From assembly GCF_009914755.1 (NCBI RefSeq), contig NC_060936.1: a DNA stretch of 64,000 bases, one strand, 5' to 3'. A model generated the notes under the pieces. It was not told where the DNA came from, ran no database searches, and saw only the letters and a list, made by a program, of their open reading frames with translations. The translations under genes were made by a program, and so were the position numbers. This DNA comes from the human T2T-CHM13v2.0 reference genome, Homo sapiens. The first letter of the stretch is position 1, and each line of letters opens with the position of its first letter. Below are positions 38,301 through 51,600 of this stretch, piece by piece.

Positions 38301-41300
38301 ACACACATCAAAAAGAAGTTTCTGTGAATGATTCTGTCTAGATTTTATAAGAAGATGTTTCCTTTTCTACAGTAGGCCTCAAAGCGCTTGAAACCTCCAG
38401 CTGCAAATTCCACAAAAAGGGTCTTTAACATCTGCTCTTCTAAAGGAAAGTTCAACTCTATGAGTTGAATACACACAGCACAAAGAAGTTACTGAGACTT
38501 CTCCTATCAAACATTATATGAAGAAATCCCGTTTCCAACGAAGGCCTCAAAGAGATCCAAATATCCCCTTGCAGACTTTACAGACAGAGTGTTTCCAAAC
38601 TCCTACATCAAAAGAAAGGTTAAACTCCTTGAGTTGAACACACACATCACAAAGTAGTTTCTGTGAATGATTCTGTCTAGTTTTTATACAAAGATGTTTC
38701 CTTTTCTACCTTTGGTCTCAAAGCGATTGAAATCTCCACATGGAAACTCCACAAAAAGAGTGTTTCAAATCTGCTCTTTCTGAAGGAAGGTTCAACTCTG
38801 TGAGTTCAATACACACACCACAAATAAGTTACTGAGAATTCTTCTGTGTAACATTATATGAGGAAATTCCGTTTCCAACGAAGGCCTCAAAGAGGTCCAA
38901 ATATCCACTTGCAGACTTTACAAAGACAGTGTCTCCAAACTCCTCCATCAAAAGAAAGGTTATACTCTGTGAATTGAACGCACACATCACAAAGTAGTTT
39001 CTGAGAATGATTCTGTCTAGTTTTCATACGAAGATATTTCCTTTTCTACATTTGGCCTAAAAGCGCTTGAAATCTCCACCTGCAAATATCACAAAAAGAG
39101 GGTTTCACATCTGCTCTGTCTAAAGGACAGTTCACCTCTGTGAGTTGAATAGAGGCAACACAAAGAACTTACTCAGTATTCTTCTTTCTAGCGTTATATG
39201 AAGAAATCCCGTTTCCAAAGAAGGCCTCAAAGAGGTCCAAATATCTGCTTGCAGACTTTACAGACAGAGTGTTTCCAAACTACTCTATGAAAAGAAAGCT
39301 TAAACTCCTTGAGTTGAACGCACACATCACAAAGTAGTTTCTGAGAATGATTCTGTCTTGTTTTTATACGAAGATATTTCCGTTTCTATGATTGGCCTCA
39401 AAGCGATTGAAATCTCCAACTGGAAAATGCACAAATAGGGTGTTTCAAATCTGCTCTGTCTAAAGGAAGGTTCAACTCTGTGAGTTGAATACACACACCA
39501 CAAATAAGTTACTGAGAATTCTTCTGTCGAACATTACATGAAGAAATCCCGTTTCCAACGAAGGCCTCAAAGAGGTCCAAATAACCCCTTGCAGACATTA
39601 CAAACAGAGTGTTTCCAAACTGCTCCATCAAAAGAAAGGTCAAACTCTGTGAGCTGAACACACACATCAAAAAGAAGTTTCTGTGAATGATTCTGTCTAG
39701 ATTTTATAAGAAGATGTTTCCTTTTCTACCGTAGGCCTCAAAGCGCTTGAAATCTCCAGCTGCAAATTCCACAAAAAGGGTGTTTACCATCTGCTCTTCT
39801 AAAGGAAAGTTCAACTGTATGAGTTGAATACACACAGCACAAAGAAGTTACTGAGACTTCTCCTATCAAACATTATAGGAAGAAATCCCGTTTCCAACGA
39901 AGGCCTCAAAGAGGTCCAAATATCCACTTGCAGACGTGACAAACAGAGTGTTTCCAAACTGCTCCATCAAAAGAAAGGTTAAACTCTGTGAGTTGAACAC
40001 ACACATCACAAAGTAGTTTCTGTGAATGATTCTGTCTAGTTTTTATACGAAGATGTTTCCTTTTCTACCTTTGGTCTCAAAGCGATTGAAATCTCCACAT
40101 GGAAACTCCACAAAAAGAGTGTTTCAAATCTGCTCTTTCTGAAGGAAGGTTCAACTCTGTGAGTTGAATACACACACCACAAATAAGTTACTGAGAATTC
40201 TTCTGTGTAACATTATGTGAGGAAATCCCGTTTCCAACGAAGGCCTCAAAGAGGTGCAAATATCCACTTGCAGACTTTACAAAGACAGTGTCTCCAAACT
40301 CCTCCATCAAAAGAAAGGTTATACTGTGTGAATTGAACGCACACATCACAAAGTAGTTTCTGAGAATGATTCTGTCTAGTTTTTATATGAAGATATTTCC
40401 TTTTCTACATTTGGCCTAAAAGCGCTTGAAATCTCCACCTGCAAATATCACAAAAAGAGGGTTTCACATCTGCTCTGTCTAAATGACAGTTCACCTCTGT
40501 GAGTTGAATAGAGGCAACACAAAGAAGTTACTGAGTATTCTTCTTTCCAGCGTTATATGAAGAAATCCCGTTTCCAACGAAGGCCTCAAAGAGGTCCAAA
40601 TATCTGCTTGCAGAGTTTACAGACAGAGTGTTTCCAAACTATTCTATGAAAAGAAAGCTTAAACTCCTTGAGTTGAACGCACACAACGCAAAGTAGTTTC
40701 TGAGAATGATTCTGTCTTGTTTTTATACGAAGATATTTCCGTTTCTATGATTGGCCTCAAAGCCATTGAAATCTCCAACAGGAAGCTGCACAAACAGGGT
40801 GTTTCAACTCTGCTCTGTCTAAAGGAAGTTTCAACTCTGTGAGTTGAATACACACACCACAAATAAGTTACTGAGAATTCTTCTGTCGAACATTACATGA
40901 AGAAATCCCGTTTCCAACGAAGGCCTCAAAGAGGTCCAAATATCCACTTGCAGACATTACAAACAGAGTGTTTCCAAACTGCTCCATCAAAGGAAAGGTT
41001 AAACTCTGTGAGCTGAACACACACATCAAAAAGAAGTTTCTGTGAATGATTCTGTCTAGATTTTATAAGAAGATGTTTCCTTTTCTACAGTAGGCCTCAA
41101 AGCGCTTGAAATCTCCAGCTGCAAATTCCACAAAAAGGGTGTTTAACATCTGCTCTTCTAAAGGAAAGTTCAACTCTGTGAGTTGAATACACACAGCACA
41201 AAGAAGTTACTGAGACTTCTCCTATCAAACATTATATGAAGAAATCCCGTTTCCAACGAAGGCCTCAAAGAGGTCCAAATATCCACTTGGAGACTTTACA

Positions 41301-42260
41301 GACAGAGTGTTTCCAAACTCCTCCATCAAAAGAAAGGTTAAACTCCTTGAGTTGAACACACACATCACAAAGTAGTTTCTGTGAATGATTCTCTCTAGTT
41401 TTTATACGAAGATGTTTCCTTTTCTACCTTTGGTCTCAAAGCGATGGAAATCTCCGCATGGAAACTCCCCAAAAAGAGTGTTTCAAATCTGCTCTTTCTG
41501 AAGGAAGGTTCAACTCTGTGAGTTGAATACACACACCACAAATAAGTTACTGAGAATTCTTCTGTGTAACATTATATGAGGAAATCCCGTTTCCAACGAT
41601 GGCCTCAAAGAGGTCCAAATATCCACTTGCAGATTTTAAAAAGACAGTGTCTCCAAACTCCTCCATCAAAAGAAAGGTTATACTGTGTGAATTGAACGCA
41701 CACATCACAAAGTAGTTTCTGAGAATGATTCTGTCTAGTTTTTATACGAAGATATTTCCTTTTCTACATTTGGCTTAAAAGCGCTTGAAATCTCCATCTG
41801 CAAATATCACAAAAAGAGGGTTTCACATCTGCTCTGTCTAAAGGACAGTTCACCTCTGTGAGTTGAATAGAGGCAACACAAAGAACTTACTCAGTATTCT
41901 TCTTTCTAGCGTTATATGAAGAAATCCCGTTTCCAACGAAGGCCTCAAAGAAGTCCAAATATCTGCTTGCAGACTTTACAGACAGAGTGTTTCCAAACTA
42001 TTCTATGAAAAGAAAGCTTAAACTCCTTGAGTTGAACGCACACAATGCAAAGTGGTTTCTGAGAATGATTCTGTCTTGTTTTTATAGGAAGATATTTCCG
42101 TTTCTATGATTGGCCTCAAAGCCATTGAAATCTCCAACTGGAAACTGCACAAATAGGGTGTTTCAAATCTGCTCTGTCTAAAGGAAGGTTCAACTCTGTG
42201 AGTTGAATACACACACCACAAATAAGTTGCTGAGAATTCTTCTGTCGAACATTACATGAA
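29400..42260 (-). repeat. Layer 2: more divergent HOR haplotype
   Basis: Switch to aggcaacac, ctctatgag, ttatatgagg and ttatactctg. Layer-specific markers are ggaagctgcac (~29910-40790), cgtgaaaaac and tgcccc. Many private substitutions. Confidence 0.8.
33771..36488 (-). repeat. Two copies of a rearranged 8-mer (dimer 4 doubled, one dimer lost at an L2/R3 junction), still 1359 bp
   Basis: Boxes: L4R4 33771, L4R4 34111, L1R1 34451, L2R3 34790, then L4R4 35130, L4R4 35470, L1R1 35810, L2R3 36149. Confidence 0.87.
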
Positions 42261-42264
42261 GAAA

Positions 42265-42944
42265 TCCCGTTTCCAACGAAGGCCTCAAAGAGGTCCAAAT
42301 ATCCACTTGCAGACATTACAAACAGAGTGTTTCCAAACTGCTCCATCAAAGGAAAGGTTATACTCTGTGAATTGAACGCACACATCACAAACTAGTTTCT
42401 GAGAATGATTCTGTCTGGTTTTTATACGAAGATATTTCCTTTTCTACAATTGGCCTGAAAGTGCTTGAAATCTCCACCTGCAAATATCACAAAAAGAGGG
42501 TTTCACATCTGCTCTGTCTAAAGGACAGTTCACCTCTGTGAGTTGAATAGAGGCAACACAAAGAACTTACTCAGTATTCTTCTTTCTAGCGTTACATGAA
42601 GAAATCCCGTTTCCAACGAAGGCCTCAAAGAGGTCCAAATATCTGCTTGCAGACTTTACAGACAGAGTGTTTCCAAACTACTCTATGAAAAGAAAGCTTA
42701 AACTCCTTGAGTTGAACGCACACATCACAAAATAGTTTCTGAGAATGATTCTGTCTTGTTTTTATACGAAGATATTTCCGTTTCTACGATTGCCCTCAAA
42801 GCGATTGAAATCTCCAACTGGAAACTGCACAAATAGGGTGTTTCAAATCTGCTCTGTCTAAAGGAAGGTTCAACTCTGTGAGTTGAATACACACACCACA
42901 AATAAATTACTGAGAATTCTTCTGTCGAACATTACATGAAGAAA
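42265..42944 (-). repeat. 4-mer HOR variant (R1/R3 hybrid monomer), 680 bp
   Basis: After L1 the monomer starts gacattacaaacagag and then switches to ttatactctgtgaattgaacgc at ~42360. The next boxes are L4 (42605) and L1 (42945). Confidence 0.85.
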
Positions 42945-45659
42945 TCCCGTTTCCAACGAATGCCTCAAAGAGGTCCAAATATCCACTTGCAGACATTACA
43001 AACAGAGTGTTTCCAAACTGCTCCATCAAAGGAAAGGTTAAACTCTGTGAGCTGAACACACCCATCAAAAAGAAGTTTCTGTGAATGATTCTGTCTAGAT
43101 TTTATAAGAAGATGTTTCCTTTTCTACCATAGGCCTCAAAGCGCTTGAAATCTCCAGCTGCAAATTCCACAAAATGGGTGTTTAACATCTGCTCTTCTAA
43201 AGGAAAGTTCAACTCTATGAGTTGAATACACACAGCACAAAGAAGTTACTGAGACTTCTCCTATCAAACATTATATGAAGAAATCCCGTTTCCAACGAAG
43301 GCCTCAAAGAGGTCCAAATATCCACTTGCAGACGTGACAAACAGAGTGTTTCCAAACTGCTCCATCAAAAGAAAGGTTAAACTCTGTGAGTTGAACACAC
43401 CCATCACAAAGTAGTTTCTGTGAATGATTCTGTCTAGTTTTTATACGAAGGTGTTTCCTTTTCTACCTTTGGTCTCAAAGCGACTGAAATCTCCACATGG
43501 AAACTCCACAAAAAGAGTGTTTCAAATCTGCTCTTTCTGAAGGAAGGTTCAACTCTGTGAGTTGAATACACACACCACAAATAAGTTACTGAGAATTCTT
43601 CTGTGTAACATTATATGAGGAAATCCCGTTTCCAACGAAGGCCTCAAAGAGGTCCAAATATCCACTTGCAGACATTACAAACAGAGTGTTTCCAAACTGC
43701 TCCATCAAAGGAAAGGTTAAACAATGTGAGCTGAACACACACATCAAAAAGAAGTTTCTGTGGATGATTCTGTCTAGATTTTATAAGATGTTTCCTTTTC
43801 TACAGTAGGCCTCAAGGCGCTTGAAATCTCCAGCTGCAAATTCCACAAAAAGGGTGTTTAACATCTGTTCTTCTGAAGGAAAGTTCAACTCTATGAGTTG
43901 AATACACACAGCACAAAGAAGTTACTGAGACTTCTCCTATCAAACATTATATGAAGAAATCCCGTTTCCAACGAAGGCCTCAAAGAGGTCCAAATATCTG
44001 CTTGCAGACTTTACAGACAGAGTGTTTCCAAACTGCTCCATCAAAAGAAAGTTTAAACTCCTTGAGTTGAACACACACATCACAAAGTAGTTTCGGTGAA
44101 TGATTCTGTCTAGTTTTTATACGAAGATGTTTCCTTTTCTACCTTTGGTCTCAAAGCGATTGAAATCTCCACATGGAAACTTCACAAAAAGAGTGTTTCA
44201 AATCTGCTCTTTCTGAAGGAAGGTTCAACTCTGTGAGTTGAATACACACACCACAAATAAGTTACTGAGGACTCTTCTGTGTAACATTATATGAGGAAAT
44301 CCCGTTTCTAAAGAAGGCCTCAAAGAGGTCCAAATATCCACTTGCAGACTTTACAAAGACAGTGTCTCCAAACTCCTCCATCAAAAGAAAGGTTATACTC
44401 TGTGAATTGAACGCACACATCACAAAGCAGTTTCTGTGAACGATTCCGTCTTGTTTTCATACGAAGATATTTCATTTTCTACATTTGGCCTAAAAGTGCT
44501 TGAAATCTCCACCTGCAAATATCACAAAAAGAGGGTTTCACATCTGCTCTGTCTAAAGGACAGTTCACCTCTGTGAGTTGAATAGAGGCAACACAAAGAA
44601 CTTACTCAGTATTCTTCTTTCTAGCGTTATATGAAGAAATCCCGTTTCCAACGAAGGCCTCAAAGAGGTCCAAATATCTGCTTGCAGACTTTACAGACAG
44701 AGTGTTTCCAAACTACTCTATGAAAAGAAAGCTTAAACTCCTTGAGTTGAACGCACACATCACAAAATAGTTTCTGAGAATGATTCTGTCTAGTTTTTAT
44801 ACGATGATGTTTCCTTTTCTACCTTTGGTCTCAAAGCCATTGAAATCTCCAACTAGAAACTGCACACATAGGGTGTTTCAAATCTGCTCTTTCTGAAGGA
44901 AGGTTCAACTCTGTGAGTTGAATACACACACCACAAATAAGTTACTGAGAATTCTTCTGTGTAACATTATATGAGGAAATCCCGTTTCCAACGAAGGCCT
45001 CAAAGACGTCCAAATATCCACTTGCAGTCTTTACAAAGACAGTGTCTCCAAACTCCTCCATCAAAAGAAAGGTTATACTCTGTGATTTGAACGCACACAT
45101 CACAAAGTAGTTTCTGAGAATGATTCTGTGTGGTTTTTATGCGAAGATATTTCCTTTTCTACATTTGGCCTAAAAGTGCTTGAAATCTCCACCTGCAAAT
45201 ATCACAAAAATAGGGTTTCACATCTGTTCTGTGTGAAGGACAGTTCACCTCTGTGAGTTGAATTGAGGCAACACAAAGAACTTACTCAGTATTCTTCTTT
45301 CTAGTGTTATATGAAGAAATCCCGTTTCCAACGAAGGCCTCAAAGAGGTCCAAATATCTGCTTGCAGAGTTTACAGACAGAGTGTTTCCAAACTACTCTA
45401 CGAAAAGAAAGCTTAAACTCCTTGAGTTGAACGCACACATCACAAAATAGTTTCTGAGAATGATTCTGTCTTGTTTTTATACGAAGATATTTCCGTTTCT
45501 ACGATTGGCCTCAAAGCGATTGAAATCTCCAAGTGGAAACTGCACAAATAGGGTGTTTCAAATCTGCTCTGTCTAAAGGAAGGTTCAACTCTGTGAGTTG
45601 AATACACACACCACAAATAAGTTACTGAGAATTCTTCTGTCGAACATTACATGAAGAAA
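42945..45659 (-). repeat. 16-mer variant with two internal back-jumps; similar architecture at 57887-60604
   Basis: L3R1 junctions at 43624 and 58566, and a return from L4 to L3 at 44640-44980 and 59585-59925. Confidence 0.8.
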
Positions 45660-48600
45660 TCCCGTTTCCAACGAAGGCCTCAAAGAGGTCCAAATATCCA
45701 CTTGCAGACATTACAAACAGAGTGTTTCCAAACTGCTCCATCAAAGGAAACGTTAAACTCTGTGAGCTGAACACACACATCAAAAAGAAGTTTCTGTGAA
45801 TGATTCTGTCTAGATTTTATAAGAAGATGTTTCCTTTTCTACCGTAGACCTCAAAGCGCTTGAAATCTCCAGCTGCAAATTCCACAAAAAGGGTGTTTAA
45901 CATCTGCTCTTCTAAAGGAAAGTTCAACTCTATGAGTTGAATACACACAGCACAAAGAAGTTACTGAGAGTTCTCCTATCAAACATTATATGAAGAAATC
46001 CCGTTTCCAACGAAGGCCTCAAAGAGGTCCAAATATCTGCTTGCAGACTTTACAGACAGAGTGTTTCCAAACTGCTCCATCAAAAGAAAGGTTAAACTCT
46101 GTGAGTTGAACACACACATCACAAAGTAGTTTCTGTGAATGATTCTGTCTAGTTTTTATACGAAGATGTTTCCTTTTCTACCTTTGGTCTCAAAGCGATT
46201 GAAATCTCCACATGGAAACTCCACAAAAAGAGTGTTTCAAATCTGCTCTTTCTGAAGGAAGGTTCAACTCTGTGAGTTGAATACACACACCACAAATAAG
46301 TTACTGAGAATTCTTCTGTGTAACATTATATGAGGAAATCCCGTTTCCAACGAAGGTCTCAAAGAGGTCCAAATATCCACTTGCAGACTTTACAAAGACA
46401 GTGTCTCCAAACTCCTCCATCAAAAGAAAGGATATACTCTGTGAATTGAACGCACACATCACAAACTAGTTTCTGAGAATGATTCTGTCTGGTTTTTATA
46501 CGAAGATATTTCCTTTTCTACAATTGGCCTGAAAGTGCTTGAAATCTCCACCTTCAAATATCACAAAAAGAGGGTTTCACATCTGCTCTGTCTAAAGGAC
46601 AGTTCACCTCTGTGAGTTGAATAGAGGCAACACAAAGAACTTACTCAGTATTCTTCTTTCTAGCGTTACATGAAGAAATCCCGTTTCCAACGAAGGCCTC
46701 AAAGAGGTCCAAATATCTGCTTGCAGACTTTACAGACAGAGTGTTTCCAAACTACTCTATGAAAAGAAAGCTTAAACTCCTTGAGTTGAACGCACACATC
46801 ACAAAATACTTTCTGAGAATGATTCTGTCTTGTTTTTATACGAAGATATTTCCGTTTCTACGATTGGCCTCAAAGCGATTGAAATCTCCAAGTGGAAACT
46901 GCACAAATAGGGTGTTTCAAATCTGCTCTGTCTAAAGGAAGGTTCAACTCTGTGAGTTGAATACACACACCACAAATAAGTTACTGAGAATTCTTCTGTC
47001 GAACATTACATGAAGAAATCCCGTTTCCAACGAAGGCCACAAAGAGGTCCAAATATCCACTTGCAGACATTACAAACAGAGTGTTTCCAAACTGCTCCAT
47101 CAAAGGAAAGGTTAAACTCTGTGAGCTGAACACACACATCAAAAAGAAGTTTCTGTGAATGATTCTGTCTAGATTTTATAAGAAGATGTTTCCTTTTCTA
47201 CCGTAGGCCTCAAAGCGCTTGAAATCTCCAGCTGCAAATTCCACAAAAAGGGTGTTTAACATCTGCTCTTCTAAAGGAAAGTTCAACTCTATGAGTTGAA
47301 TACACACAGCACAAAGAAGTTACTGAGACTTCTCCTATCAAACATTATATGAAGAAATCCCGTTTCCAACGAAGGCCTCAAAGAGGTCCAAATATCTGCT
47401 TGCACGCTTTACAGACAGAGTGTTTCCAAACTGCTCCATCAAAAGAAAGGTTAAACTCCTTGAGTTGAACACACACATCACAAAGTAGTTTCTGTGAATG
47501 ATTCTCTCTAGTTTTTATACGAAGATGTTTCCTTTTCTACCTTTGGTCTCAAAGCGATTGAAATCTCCACATGGAAACTCCACAAAAAGAGTGTTTCAAA
47601 TCTGCTCTTTCTGAAGGAAGGTTCAACTCTGTGAGTTGAATACACACACCACAAATAAGTTACTGAGAATTCTTCTGTGTAACATTATATGAGGAAATCC
47701 CGTTTCCAACGAAGGCCTCAAAGAGGTCCAAATATCCACTTGCAGACTTTACAAAGACAGTGTCTCCAAACTCCTCCATCAAAAGAAAAGTTATACTCTG
47801 TGAATTGAACGCACACATCACAAAGTAGTTTCTGAGAATGATTCTGTCTAGTTTTTATATGAAGATATTTCCTTTTCTACAATTGGCCTGAAAGTGCTTG
47901 AAATCTCCACCTGCAAATATCACAAAAAGAGGGTTTCACATCTGCTCTGTCTAAAGGACAGTTCACCTCTGTGAGTTGAATAGAGGCAACACAAAGAACT
48001 TACTCAGTATTCTTCTTTCTAGCGTTATATGAAGAAATCCCGTTTCCAACGAAGGCCTCAAAGAGGTCCAAATATCTGCTTGCAGACTTTACACACAGAG
48101 TGTTTCCAAACTACTCTATGAAAAGAAAGCTTAAACTCCTTGAGTTGAACGCACACATCACAAAATAGTTTCTGAGAATGATTCTGTCTTGTTTTTATAC
48201 GAAGATATTTCCGTTTCTACGATTGGCCTCAAAGCGATTGAAATCTCCAACTGGAAACTGCACAAATACGGTGTTTCAAATCTGCTCTGTCTAAAGGAAG
48301 GTTCAACTCTGTGAGTTGAATACACACACCACAAATAAGTTACTGAGAATTCTTCTGTCGAACATTACATGAAGAAATCCCGTTTCCAATGAAGGCCTCA
48401 AAGAGGTCCAAATATCCACTTGCAGACATTACAAACAGAGTGTTTCCAAACTGCTCCATCAAAGGAAAGGTTAAACTCTGTGAGCTGAACACACACATCA
48501 AAAAGAAGTTTCTGTGAATGATTCTGTCTAGATTTTATAAGAAGATGTTTCCTTTTCTACCGTAGGGCTCAAAGCGCTTGAAATCTCCAGCTGCAAATTC

Positions 48601-51600
48601 CACAAAAAGGGTGTTTAACATCTGCTCTTCTGAAGGAAAGTTCAACTCTATGAGTTGAATACACACAGCACAAAGAAGTTACTGAGACTTCTCCTATCAA
48701 ACATTATATGAAGAAATCCCGTTTCCAACGAAGGCCTCAAAGAGGTCCAAATATCCACTTGCAGACTTTACAGACAGAGTGTTTCCAAACTGCTCCATCA
48801 AAAGAAAGGTTAAACTCCTTGAGTTGAACACACACATCACAAAGTAGTTTCTGTGAATGATTCTGTCTAGTTTTTATACGAAGACGTTTCCTTTTCTATC
48901 TTTGGTCTCAAAGCGATTGAAATCTCCACATGGAAACTCCACAAAAAGAGTGTTTCAAATCTGCTCTTTCTGAAGGAAGGTTCATCTCTGTGAGTTGAAT
49001 ACACACACCACAAATAAGTTACTGAGAATTCTTCTGTGTAACATTATATGAGGAAATCCCGTTTCCGACGAAGGCCTCAAAGAGGTCCAAATATCCACTT
49101 GCAGACTTTACAAAGACAGTGTCTCCAAACTCCTCCATCAAAAGAAAAGTTATACTCTGTGAATTGAACGCACACATCACAAAGTAGTTTCTGAGAATGA
49201 TTCTGTCTGGTTTTTACACGAAGATATTTCCTTTTCTACAATTGGCCTGAAAGTTCTTGAAATCTCCACCTGCAAATATCACAAAAAGAGGGTTTCACAT
49301 CTGCTCTGTCTAAAGGACAGTTCACCTCTGTGAGTTGAATAGAGGCAACACAAAGAACTTACTCAGTATTCTTCTTTCTAGCGTTATATGAAGAAATCCC
49401 GTTTCCAACGAAGGCCTCAAAGAGGTCCAAATATCTGCTTGCAGACTTTACAGACAGAGTGTTTCCAAACTACTCTATGAAAAGAAAGCTTAAACTCCTT
49501 GAGTTGAACGCACACATCACAAAATAGTTTCTGAGAATGATTCTGTCTTGTTTTTATACGAAGATAATTCCGTTTCTACGATTGGCCTCAAACGATTGAA
49601 ATCTCCAACTGGAAACTGCACAAATAGGGTGTTTCAAATCTGCTCTGTCTAAAGGAAGGTTCAACTCTGTGAGTTGAATACACACACCACAAATAAGTTA
49701 CTGAGAATTCTTCTGTCGAACATTACTTGAAGAAATCCCGTTTCCAACGAAGGCCTCAAAGAGGTCCAAATATCCACTTGCAGACATTACAAACAAAATG
49801 TTTCTAAACTGCTCCATCAAAAGAAAGGTTAAACTCTGTGAGCTGAACACACACATCAAAAAGAAGTTTCTGTGAATGATTCTGTCTAGATTTTAGAAGA
49901 AGATGTTTCCTTTTCTACCGTAGGCCTCAAAGCGCTTGAAATCTCCAGCTGCAAATTCCACAAACAGGGTGTTTAACATCTGCTCTTCTAAAGGAAAGTT
50001 CAAATCTATGAGTTGAATACACACAGCACAAAGAAGTTACTGAGACTTCTCCTATCAAACATTATATGAAGAAATCCCGTTTCCAACGAAGGCCTCAAAG
50101 AGGTCCAAATATCCACTTGCAGACGTGACAAACAGAGTGTTTCCAAACTGCTCCATCAAAAGAAAGGTTAAACTCTGTGAGTTGAACACACACATCTCAA
50201 AGTAGTTTCTGTGAATGATTCTGTCTAGTTTTTATACGAAGATGTTTCCTTTTCTACCTTTGGTCTCAAAGCGATTGAAATCTCCACATGGAAACTCCAC
50301 AAAAAGAGTGTTTCAAATATGCTCTTTCTGAAGGAAGGTTCAACTCTGTGAGTTGAATACACACACCACAAATAAGTTACTGAGAATTCTTCTGTGTAAC
50401 ATTATATGAGGAAATCCCGTTTCCAACGAAGGCCTCAAAGAGGTCCAAATATCCACTTGCAGACTTTACAAAGACAGTGTCTCCAAACTCCTCCATCAAA
50501 AGAAAGGTTATACTCTGTGAATTGAACGCACACATCACAAAGTAGTTTCTGAGAATGATTCTGTCTGGTTTTTATACGAAGATATTTCCTTTTCTACATT
50601 TGGCCTAAAAGTGCTTGAAATCTCCACTTGCAAATATCACAAAAAGAGGGTTTCACATCTGCTCTGTCTAAAGGACAGTTCACCTCTGTGAGTTGAATAG
50701 AGGCAACACAAAGAACTTACTCAGTATTTTTCTTTCTAGCGTTATATGAAGAAATCCCGTTTCCAACGAAGGCCTCAAAGAGGTCCAAATATCTGCTTGC
50801 AGACTTTGCAGACAGAGTGTTTCCAAACTACTCTATGAAAAGAAAGCTTAAACTCCTTGAGTTGAACGCACACATCACAAAGTAGTTTCTGAGAATGATT
50901 CTGTCTTATTTTTATACGAAGATATTTCCGTTTCTATCATTGGCCTCAAAGCGATTGAAATCTCCAACTGGAAACTGCACAAATAGGGTGTTTCAAATCT
51001 GCTCTGTCTAAAGGAAGGTTCAACTCTGTGAGTTGAATACACACACCACAAATAAGTTACTGAGAATTCTTCTGTCGAACATTACATGAAGAAATCCCGT
51101 TTCCAACGAAGGCCTCAAAGAGATCAAAATATCCACTTGTAGACATTACAAACAGAGTGTTTCCAAACTGCTCCATCAAAAGAAAGGTTAAACTCTGTGA
51201 GCTGAACACACACATCAAAAAGAAGTTTCTGTGAATGATTCTGTCTAGATTTCATAAGAAGATGTTTCCTTTTCTACCGTAGGCCTCAAAGCGCTTGAAA
51301 TCTCCAGCTGCAAATTCCACAAAAAGGGTGTTTAACATCTGCTCTTCTGAAGGAAAGTTCAACTCTATGAGTTGAATACACACAGCACAAAGAAGTTACT
51401 GAGACTTCTCCTATCAAACATTATATGAAGAAATCCCGTTTCCAACGAAGGCCTCAAAGAGGTCCAAATATCTGCTTGCACGCTTTACAGACAGAGTGTT
51501 TCCAAACTGCTCCATCAAAAGAAAGGTTAAACTTCTTGAGTTGAACACACACATCACAAAGTAGTTTCGGTGAATGATTCTGTCTAGTTTTTATACGAAG

